From positions 1 through 34,342 of the forward strand of contig JBDLKA010000032.1 of assembly GCA_039714075.1 (NCBI GenBank): a stretch of 34,342 bases of DNA, read 5' to 3'. Numbering within the stretch: the stretch's first letter is position 1; each line of letters starts with the position of its first letter. The position numbers were made by a program, and so were the translations under genes. Of the stretch, positions 18,108 to 28,673 are shown in pieces. The notes under the pieces are model-generated. The model worked only from the letters and a program-made list of their open reading frames with translations, did not search any database and was not told the DNA's origin. Source of the DNA: Candidatus Krumholzibacteriota bacterium (GTDB taxonomy: Bacteria; Krumholzibacteriota; Krumholzibacteriia; LZORAL124-64-63).

Positions 18108-19418
18108 CTAACGATCGTCACGCCACGTCAGACGGCCACCCCGGAAGGTCGCCGTCACCCGGCCGGTCAGGGTCTCACCGAGGTAGGCGGAGTTGCGGCT
18201 GAGCGACTGGAACCGGTCCGCCTCGACCACCCATTGGCGGTCGGGATCGAACAGGACAAAATCCGCTTCCGCCCCCTCCTCCAGCCGGCCCGCCGGCAGG
18301 TTGAAGATGCGTGCGGGAGTTTCGCTCATGCTCTCGACCAGCCGGCCCAGATCCATGACGCCCGTATTGACAAGATAGGTGATTCCCGCGCCGAGGGCCG
18401 TCTCCAGGCCGGTCACGCCGAAGGGGGCCTGGTCGAACTGGTGTTCCTTTTCGGTATCGGTATGGGGCGAATGGTCCGTGGCGAGGCAATCGATGGTCCC
18501 GTCGGCCAGGCCTTCGGCCACCGCGTTGACGTCATCGGTCTCCCGCAGGGGAGGATTCGTCTTGAACAGCGGGGAATAGTCGCGGCAGCGCGAATGATCC
18601 AGGCTGACGTGATGCGGGGTCGCCTCGGCCGTGACCCGCAATCCTTCCGCCTTCGCCCGACGGATGATCTCCACCGCCCCTTTGGTCGACACATGCGCCA
18701 CGTGGAGGTGGCCGCCGGTGGACCGGGCGAGTTCGACATCCCGGAATACGGCGGCGTCTTCACCGGCACGCGACATGCCGGACATCCCCAGGCGGGCGGA
18801 CCAGTAGCCGCCGTGCATGCAGCCTTTGCCCACGATCGACCTGTCTTCGGCGTGGGTGATGATCGGCACCCCCAGGACGGCGGCGTACTTGAGGGCGTTG
18901 GCCATCAGGCCGCCGCTGGCCACGGGCGTCCCGCTGTCGGTGAACCCCACCGCCCCGGCGTTCACCATGTCGCCGAACTCGGTCATGCCCTGTCCCTGCA
19001 GGCCCGGGCTGATGGCGCCGGTGGGATGGACCCGGCACAGGCCGGCCTCCCGGCCGCGGTCGATGAGATAACGGACCATTCCCGAATTGTCGATGGCCGG
19101 ATCGGTGTCGGGCATGGTGACGACGGAGGTGTAGCCTCCGGCGGCGGCGGCCCGGCACCCGGTGGCCACGGTTTCCTTCTCCTCGTGACCCGGTTCGCGA
19201 AAATTCACGTGCAGGTCCACGAAACCGGGAGCGCAGACCAGTCCGTCACCGTCCAGGGCGGGAATGCCCTCGACTTTCGGGACCCCTACGCCCAGGCCCT
19301 CGATCCTGCCCTTGCGGACATGCAGGAATCCCTTGCGCTTGCCGAGTTTTCCCTGGCGGCAGAGTTTGACGCCGGTGACAAGGAATTCCGAGGGAATGCG
19401 CTGCCAGCTCCATTCCAT
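18108..19418 (-). CDS. pyrC: Dihydroorotase, multifunctional-complex type, with altered active-site residues (possible inactive PyrC')
   Basis: Motifs PGFVDLHVNFREPG, AAAGGYT, THAED, HVAHVS, EATPHH, KTNPPLR, ATDHSPH and APFG. Follows pyrB. Confidence 0.9.
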   Translation of the reverse strand: MEWSWQRIPSEFLVTGVKLCRQGKLGKRKGFLHVRKGRIEGLGVGVPKVEGIPALDGDGLVCAPGFVDLHVNFREPGHEEKETVATGCRAAAAGGYTSVVTMPDTDPAIDNSGMVRYLIDRGREAGLCRVHPTGAISPGLQGQGMTEFGDMVNAGAVGFTDSGTPVASGGLMANALKYAAVLGVPIITHAEDRSIVGKGCMHGGYWSARLGMSGMSRAGEDAAVFRDVELARSTGGHLHVAHVSTKGAVEIIRRAKAEGLRVTAEATPHHVSLDHSRCRDYSPLFKTNPPLRETDDVNAVAEGLADGTIDCLATDHSPHTDTEKEHQFDQAPFGVTGLETALGAGITYLVNTGVMDLGRLVESMSETPARIFNLPAGRLEEGAEADFVLFDPDRQWVVEADRFQSLSRNSAYLGETLTGRVTATFRGGRLTWRDDR

Positions 19419-19448
19419 TGCCGAACCTCTTTCCGAATTGCAGAAACC

Positions 19449-20980
<1,532 letters not shown>

Positions 20981-20996
20981 TCATTTGCTGGCAGGC

Positions 20997-21025
20997 AAAA
21001 AAAAGCATGGCCGTCATGGTCATGC
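20997..21025 (-). terminator. Leader (attenuator) terminator upstream of pyrR
   Basis: Minus strand GCATGACC-ATGAC-GGCCATGC followed by eight T (one A-C mismatch in the stem). It lies between a promoter and the pyrR start, as expected for PyrR attenuation. Confidence 0.6.
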
Positions 21026-21077
21026 GTGTCTTTGCCGGTGGCCTCCTTCACGGATTCATGCAGGTTTGCTTCGCCGG

Positions 21078-21106
21078 AATTTAACAACCCCTCCGGAACC
21101 CAGCAA
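21078..21106 (-). promoter_or_regulatory. Sigma70-type promoter candidate for the pyr operon
   Basis: Minus strand TTGCTG-17 nt-TAAATT with an extended TGn. Confidence 0.5.
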
Positions 21107-21142
21107 GGGGATTCTGGCCCGACACATTTTTTCATGTTTGGA

Positions 21143-21171
21143 ATGTCAATTGCTTCCCCCACTGTTATAAT
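21143..21171 (+). promoter_or_regulatory. Sigma70-type promoter candidate for the small cytochrome gene
   Basis: ATGTCA-17 nt-TATAAT with an extended TGn (TGTTATAAT), 28 nt before the ATG. Confidence 0.6.
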
Positions 21172-21199
21172 AGGCTTTTCGCCTGAAGGGAGAAATAGG

Positions 21200-21574
21200 A
21201 TGAAAACGAATCAGATGATCAAATTCGGTACGGCTTTGTGCCTTCTCGGCCTCATGGCCGGCCAGGGCCTGGCCCGGAACTCCATCGCCAATGACTGGCG
21301 GAACTTCTACCCGAACAGCTGCCAGACATTGCAGGACGCAACCACCAACGGTCAGAGCTGCATTCTCTGCCATACCGCGGGGTTTGGACTCAACCCCTAT
21401 GCCCAGGACCTTTTGAACGCGGACCTGAATTTTGCGGCCATCGAATCCCTTGATTCCGATGGGGACGGTCGGACCAACGGGGAAGAAATAAATGTGGACT
21501 GTTCGCTGCCCGGGGATCCGGTTTCACCTGTCGACAACGACAGTTGGGGCGGAATCAAGGTCCTTTTCCGGTAG
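21200..21574 (+). CDS. Small secreted monoheme c-type cytochrome with DxDGDG Ca-binding-like motif and C-terminal SWGxIKxLFR tail (124 aa)
   Basis: Hidden at the 3' end of ORF 20525..21574; the true start is ATG 21200 after GGGAGA. Signal peptide MKTNQMIKFGTALCLLGLMAGQGLA, heme motif CILCH, then LNPYA and LDSDGDGRTNGEEI. Confidence 0.85.
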   Translation: MKTNQMIKFGTALCLLGLMAGQGLARNSIANDWRNFYPNSCQTLQDATTNGQSCILCHTAGFGLNPYAQDLLNADLNFAAIESLDSDGDGRTNGEEINVDCSLPGDPVSPVDNDSWGGIKVLFR

Positions 21575-22925
21575 CCGGTTCCGCGCTCGCCCCCGCGGGA
21601 GTCAGGCCCCCCGGTCCAAGGGTCGCGATGCGGCAGCCCGCGGCCTCGAGGAATTCCTGGTCGTGCGAGGCTATCACCAACGCCGTTCCCGCGGGCACCT
21701 GGTCGATCATTTCCAGGACCAGGGCCCTGCCGGACCGGTCCAAAGCCGCCGTCGGCTCGTCCAGCAACAGGACGGGCCGGCCGGACAGCAGGACCATTCC
21801 CAGGGCCAGGCGGCGTCTCTGTCCGCTGCTCAAATCGTGGGGATTCCGGTCGGCCAGACCTTCCGGCAACCCCAGGCCCACCAAAAATTCCCCGGTATCC
21901 CACGAGGCGAGATTCGGGTCCAGCTGGATCTCCGCGGCCACCGTCGAACAGGTGAACATGTATTCGGGAAACTGGGGTGAGATCATGGCGAAACCGTGGT
22001 CCAGTTCCCGGTCGTCCCGGGCATAAAGCCTTCTGCCCCGCAGGCTGACCGAGCCGGTGTCGGGGCGCCGCATACCCGCGCAGGTCGACAGTAGGGTGCT
22101 CTTGCCGCAGCCGTTGAACCCGGTGATGCCGACCCTATCTCCCGGCCCCACCCGGAGATCCACGTTGCGAAAAACGCTGCCCGTCCCGCGGAAGCGGCAG
22201 CCCAGACCCCTGAGTTCCAGGAGGGGATCCTGTCCGGCAACCGGGGGCGGCGCCGTCCGGGCGGGGCGGCTCTTCTGCACGCCCAGAAGTTCGCCCACCT
22301 CCGGTGAATCGATCAGATCACCGGTGGGCCCCTGCCGGATGATCCTCCCGGCGGCCAACACCACCAGCCAATCGCTGCGGGCGGCCTCGCGGCGGTCGCA
22401 GGTGGCGGTGACCAGGGCCGCGCCGGTTTCCTTCAGCCAGGCTGCCAGCCGGTCCAGCACCCAGAGGGATTGGTCGTCATCCTGGAGGGCCGTGGGCTCG
22501 TCGCAAAGAAGAACCCCGGGACCGACGGCCATCGCCACGGCCAGCACCAGACGTTGTTTCTGCCCTGCCGACAGCAGGCGGGGGTCCATCTCCTCCAGGT
22601 CGGCCAGGCCGAATTCCCGCAATGTCCGGCCGACATCCAGGGCGGACCTGCCCAGGGAAACTTCCCGGGCGACGCTGGCCGCGAAAATCTGCTCATCGGG
22701 ATCCTGGAACATGATCGCCGCGGATTCGGCCAGGGGTGATTCCTCGGAAGCCAGATATTTCAAGAGGGATGATTTGCCGGAACCGTTGGCGCCCAGCACG
22801 GCCAGCCAGCGGCCGGGAACGAGGTCCAGATCGATCCCGTCCAGGATGGTGGCTTCCCCGCCGGGAACCCTGCGGACCAGGGACCAGTCCCGCAGGGCGA
22901 GCAGGGGATCAGGAGTCGCCGTCAT
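21555..22925 (-). CDS. ABC transporter ATP-binding protein with two fused NBDs (ECF-type EcfA/A'-like)
   Basis: Two Walker A (GANGSGKS, GFNGCGKS), two signature (LSAGQKQR, LSSGQRRR) and two Walker B (LLCDEPT, LLLDEPT) motifs. FQDPDEQIF and QFPEYMF are ECF-type Q-loop/Q-helix segments. Confidence 0.88.
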   Translation of the reverse strand: MTATPDPLLALRDWSLVRRVPGGEATILDGIDLDLVPGRWLAVLGANGSGKSSLLKYLASEESPLAESAAIMFQDPDEQIFAASVAREVSLGRSALDVGRTLREFGLADLEEMDPRLLSAGQKQRLVLAVAMAVGPGVLLCDEPTALQDDDQSLWVLDRLAAWLKETGAALVTATCDRREAARSDWLVVLAAGRIIRQGPTGDLIDSPEVGELLGVQKSRPARTAPPPVAGQDPLLELRGLGCRFRGTGSVFRNVDLRVGPGDRVGITGFNGCGKSTLLSTCAGMRRPDTGSVSLRGRRLYARDDRELDHGFAMISPQFPEYMFTCSTVAAEIQLDPNLASWDTGEFLVGLGLPEGLADRNPHDLSSGQRRRLALGMVLLSGRPVLLLDEPTAALDRSGRALVLEMIDQVPAGTALVIASHDQEFLEAAGCRIATLGPGGLTPAGASAEPATGKGP

Positions 22926-23733
22926 CCGGCATCAACTTTTCATCCTGCAACGTCTTCAGGTGGCGGCGGGCGGCGGCGGCCCAACTCGAGGTGCCGTCCA
23001 GTTCCAGATATCGCTGCCAGGCCGCGATGGCCTGCTCGGGGTGCTGGCCTTCCTGGAGACTTCTGGCCAGGCCGAAAGCCGCCCGCTGGAATTGCGGGTC
23101 GATATCCAGGGCGGCCTGGAAGCGGACCGCGGCGTCATCGAAGCGGGTGCTCTGGAAGAGGGCGTTCCCTCCCGCGAACAGGAAATCGATGTCCCCGGGC
23201 CTGAGAACGGCCAGCTCCTCGAGGAGCACCAGCGCCTGTTCCGACTTCCCGCGCTTCAGCAGGACCAGGGCCAGATTGTATTTCGCGGCGACAAGGTCGG
23301 GCGCCGTTTCCATGGCCACACGGAACTGCTTTTCGGCCTCGGCCAGGCGTTCCTTGCCCAGCAGATCCACTCCCTTGTTGTAGGGAACCAGGGCGGCCGA
23401 TCTCTGGCGGGCGGACTTCCACTCGTCCTCATCGAACCAGAGCCGCAGCAGGGAACCGGGGACGGCCAGATCGGGGTCGGACATCTTGTTGTCGCGGGCA
23501 ATGCGTTCGGCGAGGGCGGGATCCCCGTAGTAGTTGTCGGCCACCTGGGCCAGACTTTCCCCGTCCGCCAGGGTGTGGTCGATGAATTGATCCCCCGTGG
23601 GCACGTAGGGCTCATCACCCACCGACGTGGTGACCTTCTTCGCGCATCCACCGGCCAACATAAGACACAGCAGACCGGCCGCGACCACAGCCGCTGAAAC
23701 ACGAAGCGAGGGATTTTTTCTGGTCCGGTTCAT
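22909..23733 (-). CDS. Lipoprotein with LysM domain and TPR repeats
   Basis: Lipobox LAGGC. LysM-like HTLADGESLAQVADNYYGD...IARDN...PDLAVPGSLL followed by TPRs. Start 23733 follows AGGAAAGGGA; 23751 is an alternative. Confidence 0.85.
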   Translation of the reverse strand: MNRTRKNPSLRVSAAVVAAGLLCLMLAGGCAKKVTTSVGDEPYVPTGDQFIDHTLADGESLAQVADNYYGDPALAERIARDNKMSDPDLAVPGSLLRLWFDEDEWKSARQRSAALVPYNKGVDLLGKERLAEAEKQFRVAMETAPDLVAAKYNLALVLLKRGKSEQALVLLEELAVLRPGDIDFLFAGGNALFQSTRFDDAAVRFQAALDIDPQFQRAAFGLARSLQEGQHPEQAIAAWQRYLELDGTSSWAAAARRHLKTLQDEKLMPDDGDS

Positions 23734-23747
23734 GGTCCCTTTCCTTG

Positions 23748-24791
23748 TCATGACGGCAGCACCCGCGGGTCCCCCCGCAGGGCGGCGTCTTCCAGGATGT
23801 TGATCATTTCATCAATCTTCTGGGTGGCATAGAGTTTTTTCCGCATGATCCCGGCGCCGGGATACCCCTTGAAGCATTTGGCGATGTGCTTGCGCACCAC
23901 CAGACACCCCTGGTCTTCCCCCCGCATGGCGACTTCGCCCCGGATGTGATCGATGGTGACCGCGCACATTTCCTTGAATGTTACCTCGGGTTCGGACCGG
24001 CCTTCGTCCACCGCCTTCATCCGGGCGAAAATCCAGGGATTGCCGATGGCGCCGCGGCCGATCATCACAGCGTGGCACCGTGTGTGCTCGACCATCCGGC
24101 GATAGGATACCCCATCGACGACGTCCCCGTTCCCGATGACCGGGATATCGAGCGTCTCGACCAGATCGGCGATGCGGTCCCAGTCGGCCTCGCCGGTGAA
24201 TTTCTGGGCGCGGGTCCGGCCGTGCACCGTGACCCAGGGAACACCCAACTCCTGCAGCAGCAGGCCGACTTCGCGGTAATTGACCGAATCCTCGTCCCAC
24301 CCCGTGCGTATCTTGGCGGTTACCGGAACCTGGGATTCGGAGATGACACTGCGGGTTATCTTCTCCAGCAAAGGCACATCGGCCAAAAGAGCGCTGCCCC
24401 CGCACTTCTTGACCACTTTTTTGGCCGGACAGCCGAAGTTGATGTCCAGCACGTCCATCCGGCGGCCGGAAAGCAGGCGCGCGGCGGAAGCCATGTGCTC
24501 GGGGTCCGATCCGAAAATCTGGATGCCCACCAGCCCCTCTTCACCCTCGGTATCCACCAGTTTCCAGGTCGCCTCGCCCCCGTAGGTCAGCCCGCTGGCG
24601 GAAGCGAATTCGCAGAAGCCCATGTCCGCGCCCAGACGCCGGCAGATATCCCGGAAGGGACGGTCCGTTATGCCGGCCATGGGCGACAGCATGTTGCGCA
24701 CGCCGGGCAGCCAGGGCAGGCGGGGATCGAAATGGGCTTTCTTGCGTGGCAACTGGGCGGACACCGGTCCGGAGCCTCCGGGACTGAACAT
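23748..24791 (-). CDS. dusB: tRNA-dihydrouridine synthase B
   Basis: Motifs SPMAGITD, QIFGSDP, DINFGCP, GSALL, KIRTGW, VHGRT, GNGD and IGRGAIGNPW. Confidence 0.92.
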   Translation of the reverse strand: MFSPGGSGPVSAQLPRKKAHFDPRLPWLPGVRNMLSPMAGITDRPFRDICRRLGADMGFCEFASASGLTYGGEATWKLVDTEGEEGLVGIQIFGSDPEHMASAARLLSGRRMDVLDINFGCPAKKVVKKCGGSALLADVPLLEKITRSVISESQVPVTAKIRTGWDEDSVNYREVGLLLQELGVPWVTVHGRTRAQKFTGEADWDRIADLVETLDIPVIGNGDVVDGVSYRRMVEHTRCHAVMIGRGAIGNPWIFARMKAVDEGRSEPEVTFKEMCAVTIDHIRGEVAMRGEDQGCLVVRKHIAKCFKGYPGAGIMRKKLYATQKIDEMINILEDAALRGDPRVLPS

Positions 24792-24970
24792 GATTCGCCA
24801 AAAGGATAGCGGGACAGGGGCAAATTAAGCTCCGGCACCGCTCTTGGCAATGCTGCCGGTTCGCGGGTCCGGATCGGCGGGCAATCCCCTATGAACTGGC
24901 ATCCGGCAGGTCCGCCCGATATAGTGGCCGGGGCGGGAAACCACCTTACCCAAAATGACGGACGGGATTG

Positions 24971-26074
24971 ATGTCTGCATACCAAATTACATTTGTCGAT
25001 TCCATCCGTTCCTGGGGTGGGGCCGAGGTGTGGGTGCTGGAAACCGCCGTCGCCCTGCGGAACCTGGGCGTCCAGGCCGACATCGTGGCCCAGCCCGGCT
25101 CGGAGTTGTTGCGGCGCGCCCGCCTGGCCCAGGTGCCGGCGGCGGCCATTCCCATCCGGTTCGACGCGGCGCCCTGGACCCTGGCCAAATTGGTCCGGCA
25201 CTTTCGCGGCGCCGGAACCACCGCCATCTGGGCCAACCTGACCAAGGATCTCAAGGCCGCCGCGGTGGCGGGGCGGCTGGCGCAGGTTCCCATCATCCTC
25301 TCTTCACGGGAAAGCGATTTCCCCCTCAAGAGCAAGTTCTACTACAAGTGGTACTTCAACCGGCTGGCGACCGGGATGCTGGTCAACTCCGAAGCCACCC
25401 GGCGGACCGTACTTTCCAGCGCGCCGTGGCTGCACACCGACAAGGTGCATCTCCTTTACAAGGGGATCGATATTGACCGGTTCAAACCCCCGGCCGAAGC
25501 TCCGGGCTCTCCCGTCGTGGGCTTCGTGGGCCAGCTGATTCCGCGCAAGGGTCTGCGGGATATCATGACCGCCTGGACCATGATCGACAAGTCCGACCGG
25601 CCGGACGGGCCGGTTCTGCGTCTGGCGGGAGAAGGACCCATGCGGGAGGAAATCCTGGCCTGGCGTGATACATTGAGAAGGCCCGCACGAGTGGAACTCG
25701 CGGGATTCGTGGAAGAGGTGGAAGCCTTTCACCAGGGCCTGAGCCTGCTGGTCATGCCGTCGCAGGCCGAAGGATTCGGGCTGGCCGCCGCCGAAGCTTC
25801 CGCCTGCGGCGTCCCCGTCATCGCCACCGACACGAGCAGTCTGCCGGAGATCGTCCGTCACGGGGAAACCGGCCTCCTGGTTTCCCCCGGCGATCCTGCC
25901 GGATTGGCCCGGGCCGTCACCCGGCTGCTCGACGAGCCCGAACTCGGCATTCGGCTGGGCCGGGCCGGCCGCGGGCGGATCATTGAAATGTTTGCGCGCC
26001 ACCGGACCCTGCGCCGCCTTCTGGAACTGACCGGCGGACCGGTTCTACCGCCACAGGAAGGACAACCCCGATGA
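24971..26074 (+). CDS. Glycosyltransferase family 4
   Basis: Motifs WGGAE, GID..RF, VGQLIPRKG, EGFGLAAAEA (E-x7-E) and ETGLLV. Confidence 0.92.
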   Translation: MSAYQITFVDSIRSWGGAEVWVLETAVALRNLGVQADIVAQPGSELLRRARLAQVPAAAIPIRFDAAPWTLAKLVRHFRGAGTTAIWANLTKDLKAAAVAGRLAQVPIILSSRESDFPLKSKFYYKWYFNRLATGMLVNSEATRRTVLSSAPWLHTDKVHLLYKGIDIDRFKPPAEAPGSPVVGFVGQLIPRKGLRDIMTAWTMIDKSDRPDGPVLRLAGEGPMREEILAWRDTLRRPARVELAGFVEEVEAFHQGLSLLVMPSQAEGFGLAAAEASACGVPVIATDTSSLPEIVRHGETGLLVSPGDPAGLARAVTRLLDEPELGIRLGRAGRGRIIEMFARHRTLRRLLELTGGPVLPPQEGQPR

Positions 26075-26874
26075 AAAGACTGACCGTCGCCACCGTCCAG
26101 ACCCACCCCGTGTTCGGCGATATCGAACAAAACCTGGCCACGGCCCTGGACCTGGTCCCGGCCGGCTGCAACCTGGCGGTCCTGCCCGAGCTGTTCAGCA
26201 CCGGCTACCAGTTCACCTCCCGCGCCGAGGCCCTCGGCATGGCCGAAAACCTCCGGCAGGAACCGGCGGACGGGACCGTGGTTCGGGCCCTGACCGACGC
26301 GGCCGCGGGTTCGGGGACCACCTTCGTGGCCGGTCTGGCCGAAAACGACGGTGACCGGTTGTTCAATTCCGCGGTTCTGATCAGGCCGGACGGCAGCCGG
26401 GACATCTACCGCAAGGTCCACCTGTTCATGGATGAAAAATCCATCTTCGATCCAGGGGACCTGGGCTTCCCCGTCTTCGAAGCCTGCGGAACAACCATCG
26501 GGATGATGATCTGTTTCGACTGGATCTTCCCCGAAGCGGCCCGCAGCCTGGCCCTGGCGGGAGCGGAAATCATCTGCCATCCCTCCAACCTGCTGTTGCC
26601 CTGGTGCCAGGCCGCCATGGTCACCCGTTGCCAGGAGAACATGGTGCATGCGATCACCAGCAACCGGGTGGGGACGGAGAACCGCACGGGCACCGAGCTG
26701 ACCTTCAGCGGACGCAGCCAGATCGTCTCGCGGATGGGAGAACGGTTGGCGGGCCTGGACAAGGACGAAACCGGGGCCGCGGTCGCGACCCTGGAATTGA
26801 TCGAAAAGGACAAGCTTTTCACGCCGCGCAACGACCTGTGGCAGGACCGGCGGCCTGAAGCCTATCGTTCCTGA
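26071..26874 (+). CDS. Nitrilase / carbon-nitrogen hydrolase family protein
   Basis: Catalytic triad motifs LPELF (E), YRKVHL (K) and ICFDW (C). Start overlaps the GT4 stop (ATGA). Confidence 0.92.
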   Translation: MKRLTVATVQTHPVFGDIEQNLATALDLVPAGCNLAVLPELFSTGYQFTSRAEALGMAENLRQEPADGTVVRALTDAAAGSGTTFVAGLAENDGDRLFNSAVLIRPDGSRDIYRKVHLFMDEKSIFDPGDLGFPVFEACGTTIGMMICFDWIFPEAARSLALAGAEIICHPSNLLLPWCQAAMVTRCQENMVHAITSNRVGTENRTGTELTFSGRSQIVSRMGERLAGLDKDETGAAVATLELIEKDKLFTPRNDLWQDRRPEAYRS

Positions 26875-26882
26875 TACCGGCT

Positions 26883-28142
26883 TCAGGCGCCCGGGGATTC
26901 CTGGTCCGACAGATCCATGTCCTTGGGCACGACCACGATCCCGCCGGCCGAGATGTTGAACAGACGGCGGTCCCTTTCCAGGTCGAACCCGATTTCCATG
27001 CCCTCGGGAATGACGACGTTCTTGTCGATGATGGCGCGCTGGACCTTGGCGTAGCGCCCGATGTCCACGTTGTCCATCAGGATGCTGTCGCTCACCTTGC
27101 TGTAGGAATTGACCCGGACGCCGCGGCCCAGCAGCGAGCGTTCCACGTGTCCCCCGGAAACCACCGCCCCCCCGCCGACGATACTGTCCTCCACTGTGCC
27201 CGGCAGGGTGCCGTCCTCGGTGAAACCGTGCACGGACTTGCAGGGAGGAACGGGCGGCTGCCAGGCCCGGAACAGCCATGACTGGTCATAGAGGTCGAAG
27301 CTGGGCCGGCGGCTGACCAGGTCCATGTTGGCCGCGTAATAGCTGTCCAGGGTTCCAATGTCGCGCCAGTACCGGGACACTCCCGTTTCCTCGTCCCGGA
27401 AGGGGTAGGCGAAGACTTCCCCGCAGTTCACCAGCTCGGGAATGATGTCCCGGCCGAAATCATGCCGCGAGCCCTGGCGTTTGACGTCATGCGACAGCTC
27501 CCGCACCAGGTTTTCCGTATCGAAAATATAGACACCCATGTTGACCAGGCAGTGGTCCGGATCGCCGGGAATGGTTTTGGGATTCTCCGGTTTTTCCTCG
27601 AATCCGATCACGCGCCAGGATTCATCCACTTCGAGAATTCCGAACTCGTTCGCCCCTTCGCGGGGAACCACTGCGGCGCTCAGGGTCATGCAGCCCTTGT
27701 GCCCGGCGTGGAACCCCAACAGCTCGCCGTAATCCATGCGGTAGATGTGGTCGCCCGACAGGATGAGAACGTGGGCGGGCCGCCGGTTCTCCAACAGATA
27801 GATGTTCTGGTACACGGCGTCCGCGGTGCCCTGATACCACTTCTGCCCCACCCGGTGCTGGGGTGGGATGCGGTACAGGAACTCGCCGCTTTCGTAGCTG
27901 AAGATGTTCCAGCCCCGCTGCAGATGCTTGTCCAGCGAATACGACTTGTACTGGGTCAGGACGTAGATCTGCCGCAGACCGCTGTTGATGCAGTTGGAAA
28001 GGGTGAAATCGATGATGCGGTAGGCGCTGCCGAAGGGAACGGCGGGCTTGGAGCGATCCCGCGTCAGCGGATATAGTCTTTCGCCCTGGCCTCCGGCCAA
28101 AACAAGCGCCAGGGTATCACGAACCAGCTGTCGGATACTCAA
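26883..28142 (-). CDS. glgC: Glucose-1-phosphate adenylyltransferase
   Basis: Motifs LAGGQGERLYPLT, SKPAVPFG..YRIIDF, GTADAV, LSGDHIY, EEKP, DFG.DIIP and WRDIGT, plus a C-terminal beta-helix. TTG start at 28142 after GGGGTG is preferred. Confidence 0.95.
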   Translation of the reverse strand: MSIRQLVRDTLALVLAGGQGERLYPLTRDRSKPAVPFGSAYRIIDFTLSNCINSGLRQIYVLTQYKSYSLDKHLQRGWNIFSYESGEFLYRIPPQHRVGQKWYQGTADAVYQNIYLLENRRPAHVLILSGDHIYRMDYGELLGFHAGHKGCMTLSAAVVPREGANEFGILEVDESWRVIGFEEKPENPKTIPGDPDHCLVNMGVYIFDTENLVRELSHDVKRQGSRHDFGRDIIPELVNCGEVFAYPFRDEETGVSRYWRDIGTLDSYYAANMDLVSRRPSFDLYDQSWLFRAWQPPVPPCKSVHGFTEDGTLPGTVEDSIVGGGAVVSGGHVERSLLGRGVRVNSYSKVSDSILMDNVDIGRYAKVQRAIIDKNVVIPEGMEIGFDLERDRRLFNISAGGIVVVPKDMDLSDQESPGA

Positions 28143-28200
28143 TTTTACACCCCACCGGTCTGTGGGCACCCGGCCCACATTGCCGATGCCGGTGGATGGG

Positions 28201-28572
28201 TCAGTTTCTGGCGGTCGTCCTGGTTTCCACCAGGTCCTTCACCGTATCCAGAAGTTCGGTGACATCCGACGACTTCGTCACGTAGGCGTCCGCGGCCCAG
28301 GTCAGATAGTTGTCTTTGTAACTGGAGTAGGCGGTGTTCAAGACCACGGGCACCGAATTGTCGCGTTCCAGGATGCGTTGCAAAGCTTCGATGCCGTCCA
28401 TCCCCGCCATCCTGATGTCCAGGATAACAAGATCCGGCTTCATGGTCTCCACAAATTCCAGACCCTGGACCGCATTGCAGGCGGTCATGGTCTCGAATCC
28501 GGCCCGACGCAGTTCCGTTTCGTACAATAGCCTCAGATGGGGTTCGTCATCCACGATCAATACTTTGCTCAC
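28201..28572 (-). CDS. Single-domain response regulator (receiver only)
   Basis: GTG 28572 after AAAGGAGG. Motifs VLIVDDE, DLVILDIRM (phospho-Asp), LNTAY and YVTKS. No output domain. Confidence 0.92.
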   Translation of the reverse strand: MSKVLIVDDEPHLRLLYETELRRAGFETMTACNAVQGLEFVETMKPDLVILDIRMAGMDGIEALQRILERDNSVPVVLNTAYSSYKDNYLTWAADAYVTKSSDVTELLDTVKDLVETRTTARN

Positions 28573-28673
28573 GACCGGCCTCCTTTGCCCGTCTTCCAGA
28601 CGAGTGGGCATCTGGAATTCCCGTCCCTAGGTCTAGTCTACTTCATCCCCGTTGATGCCGCCACCGGGCTATT

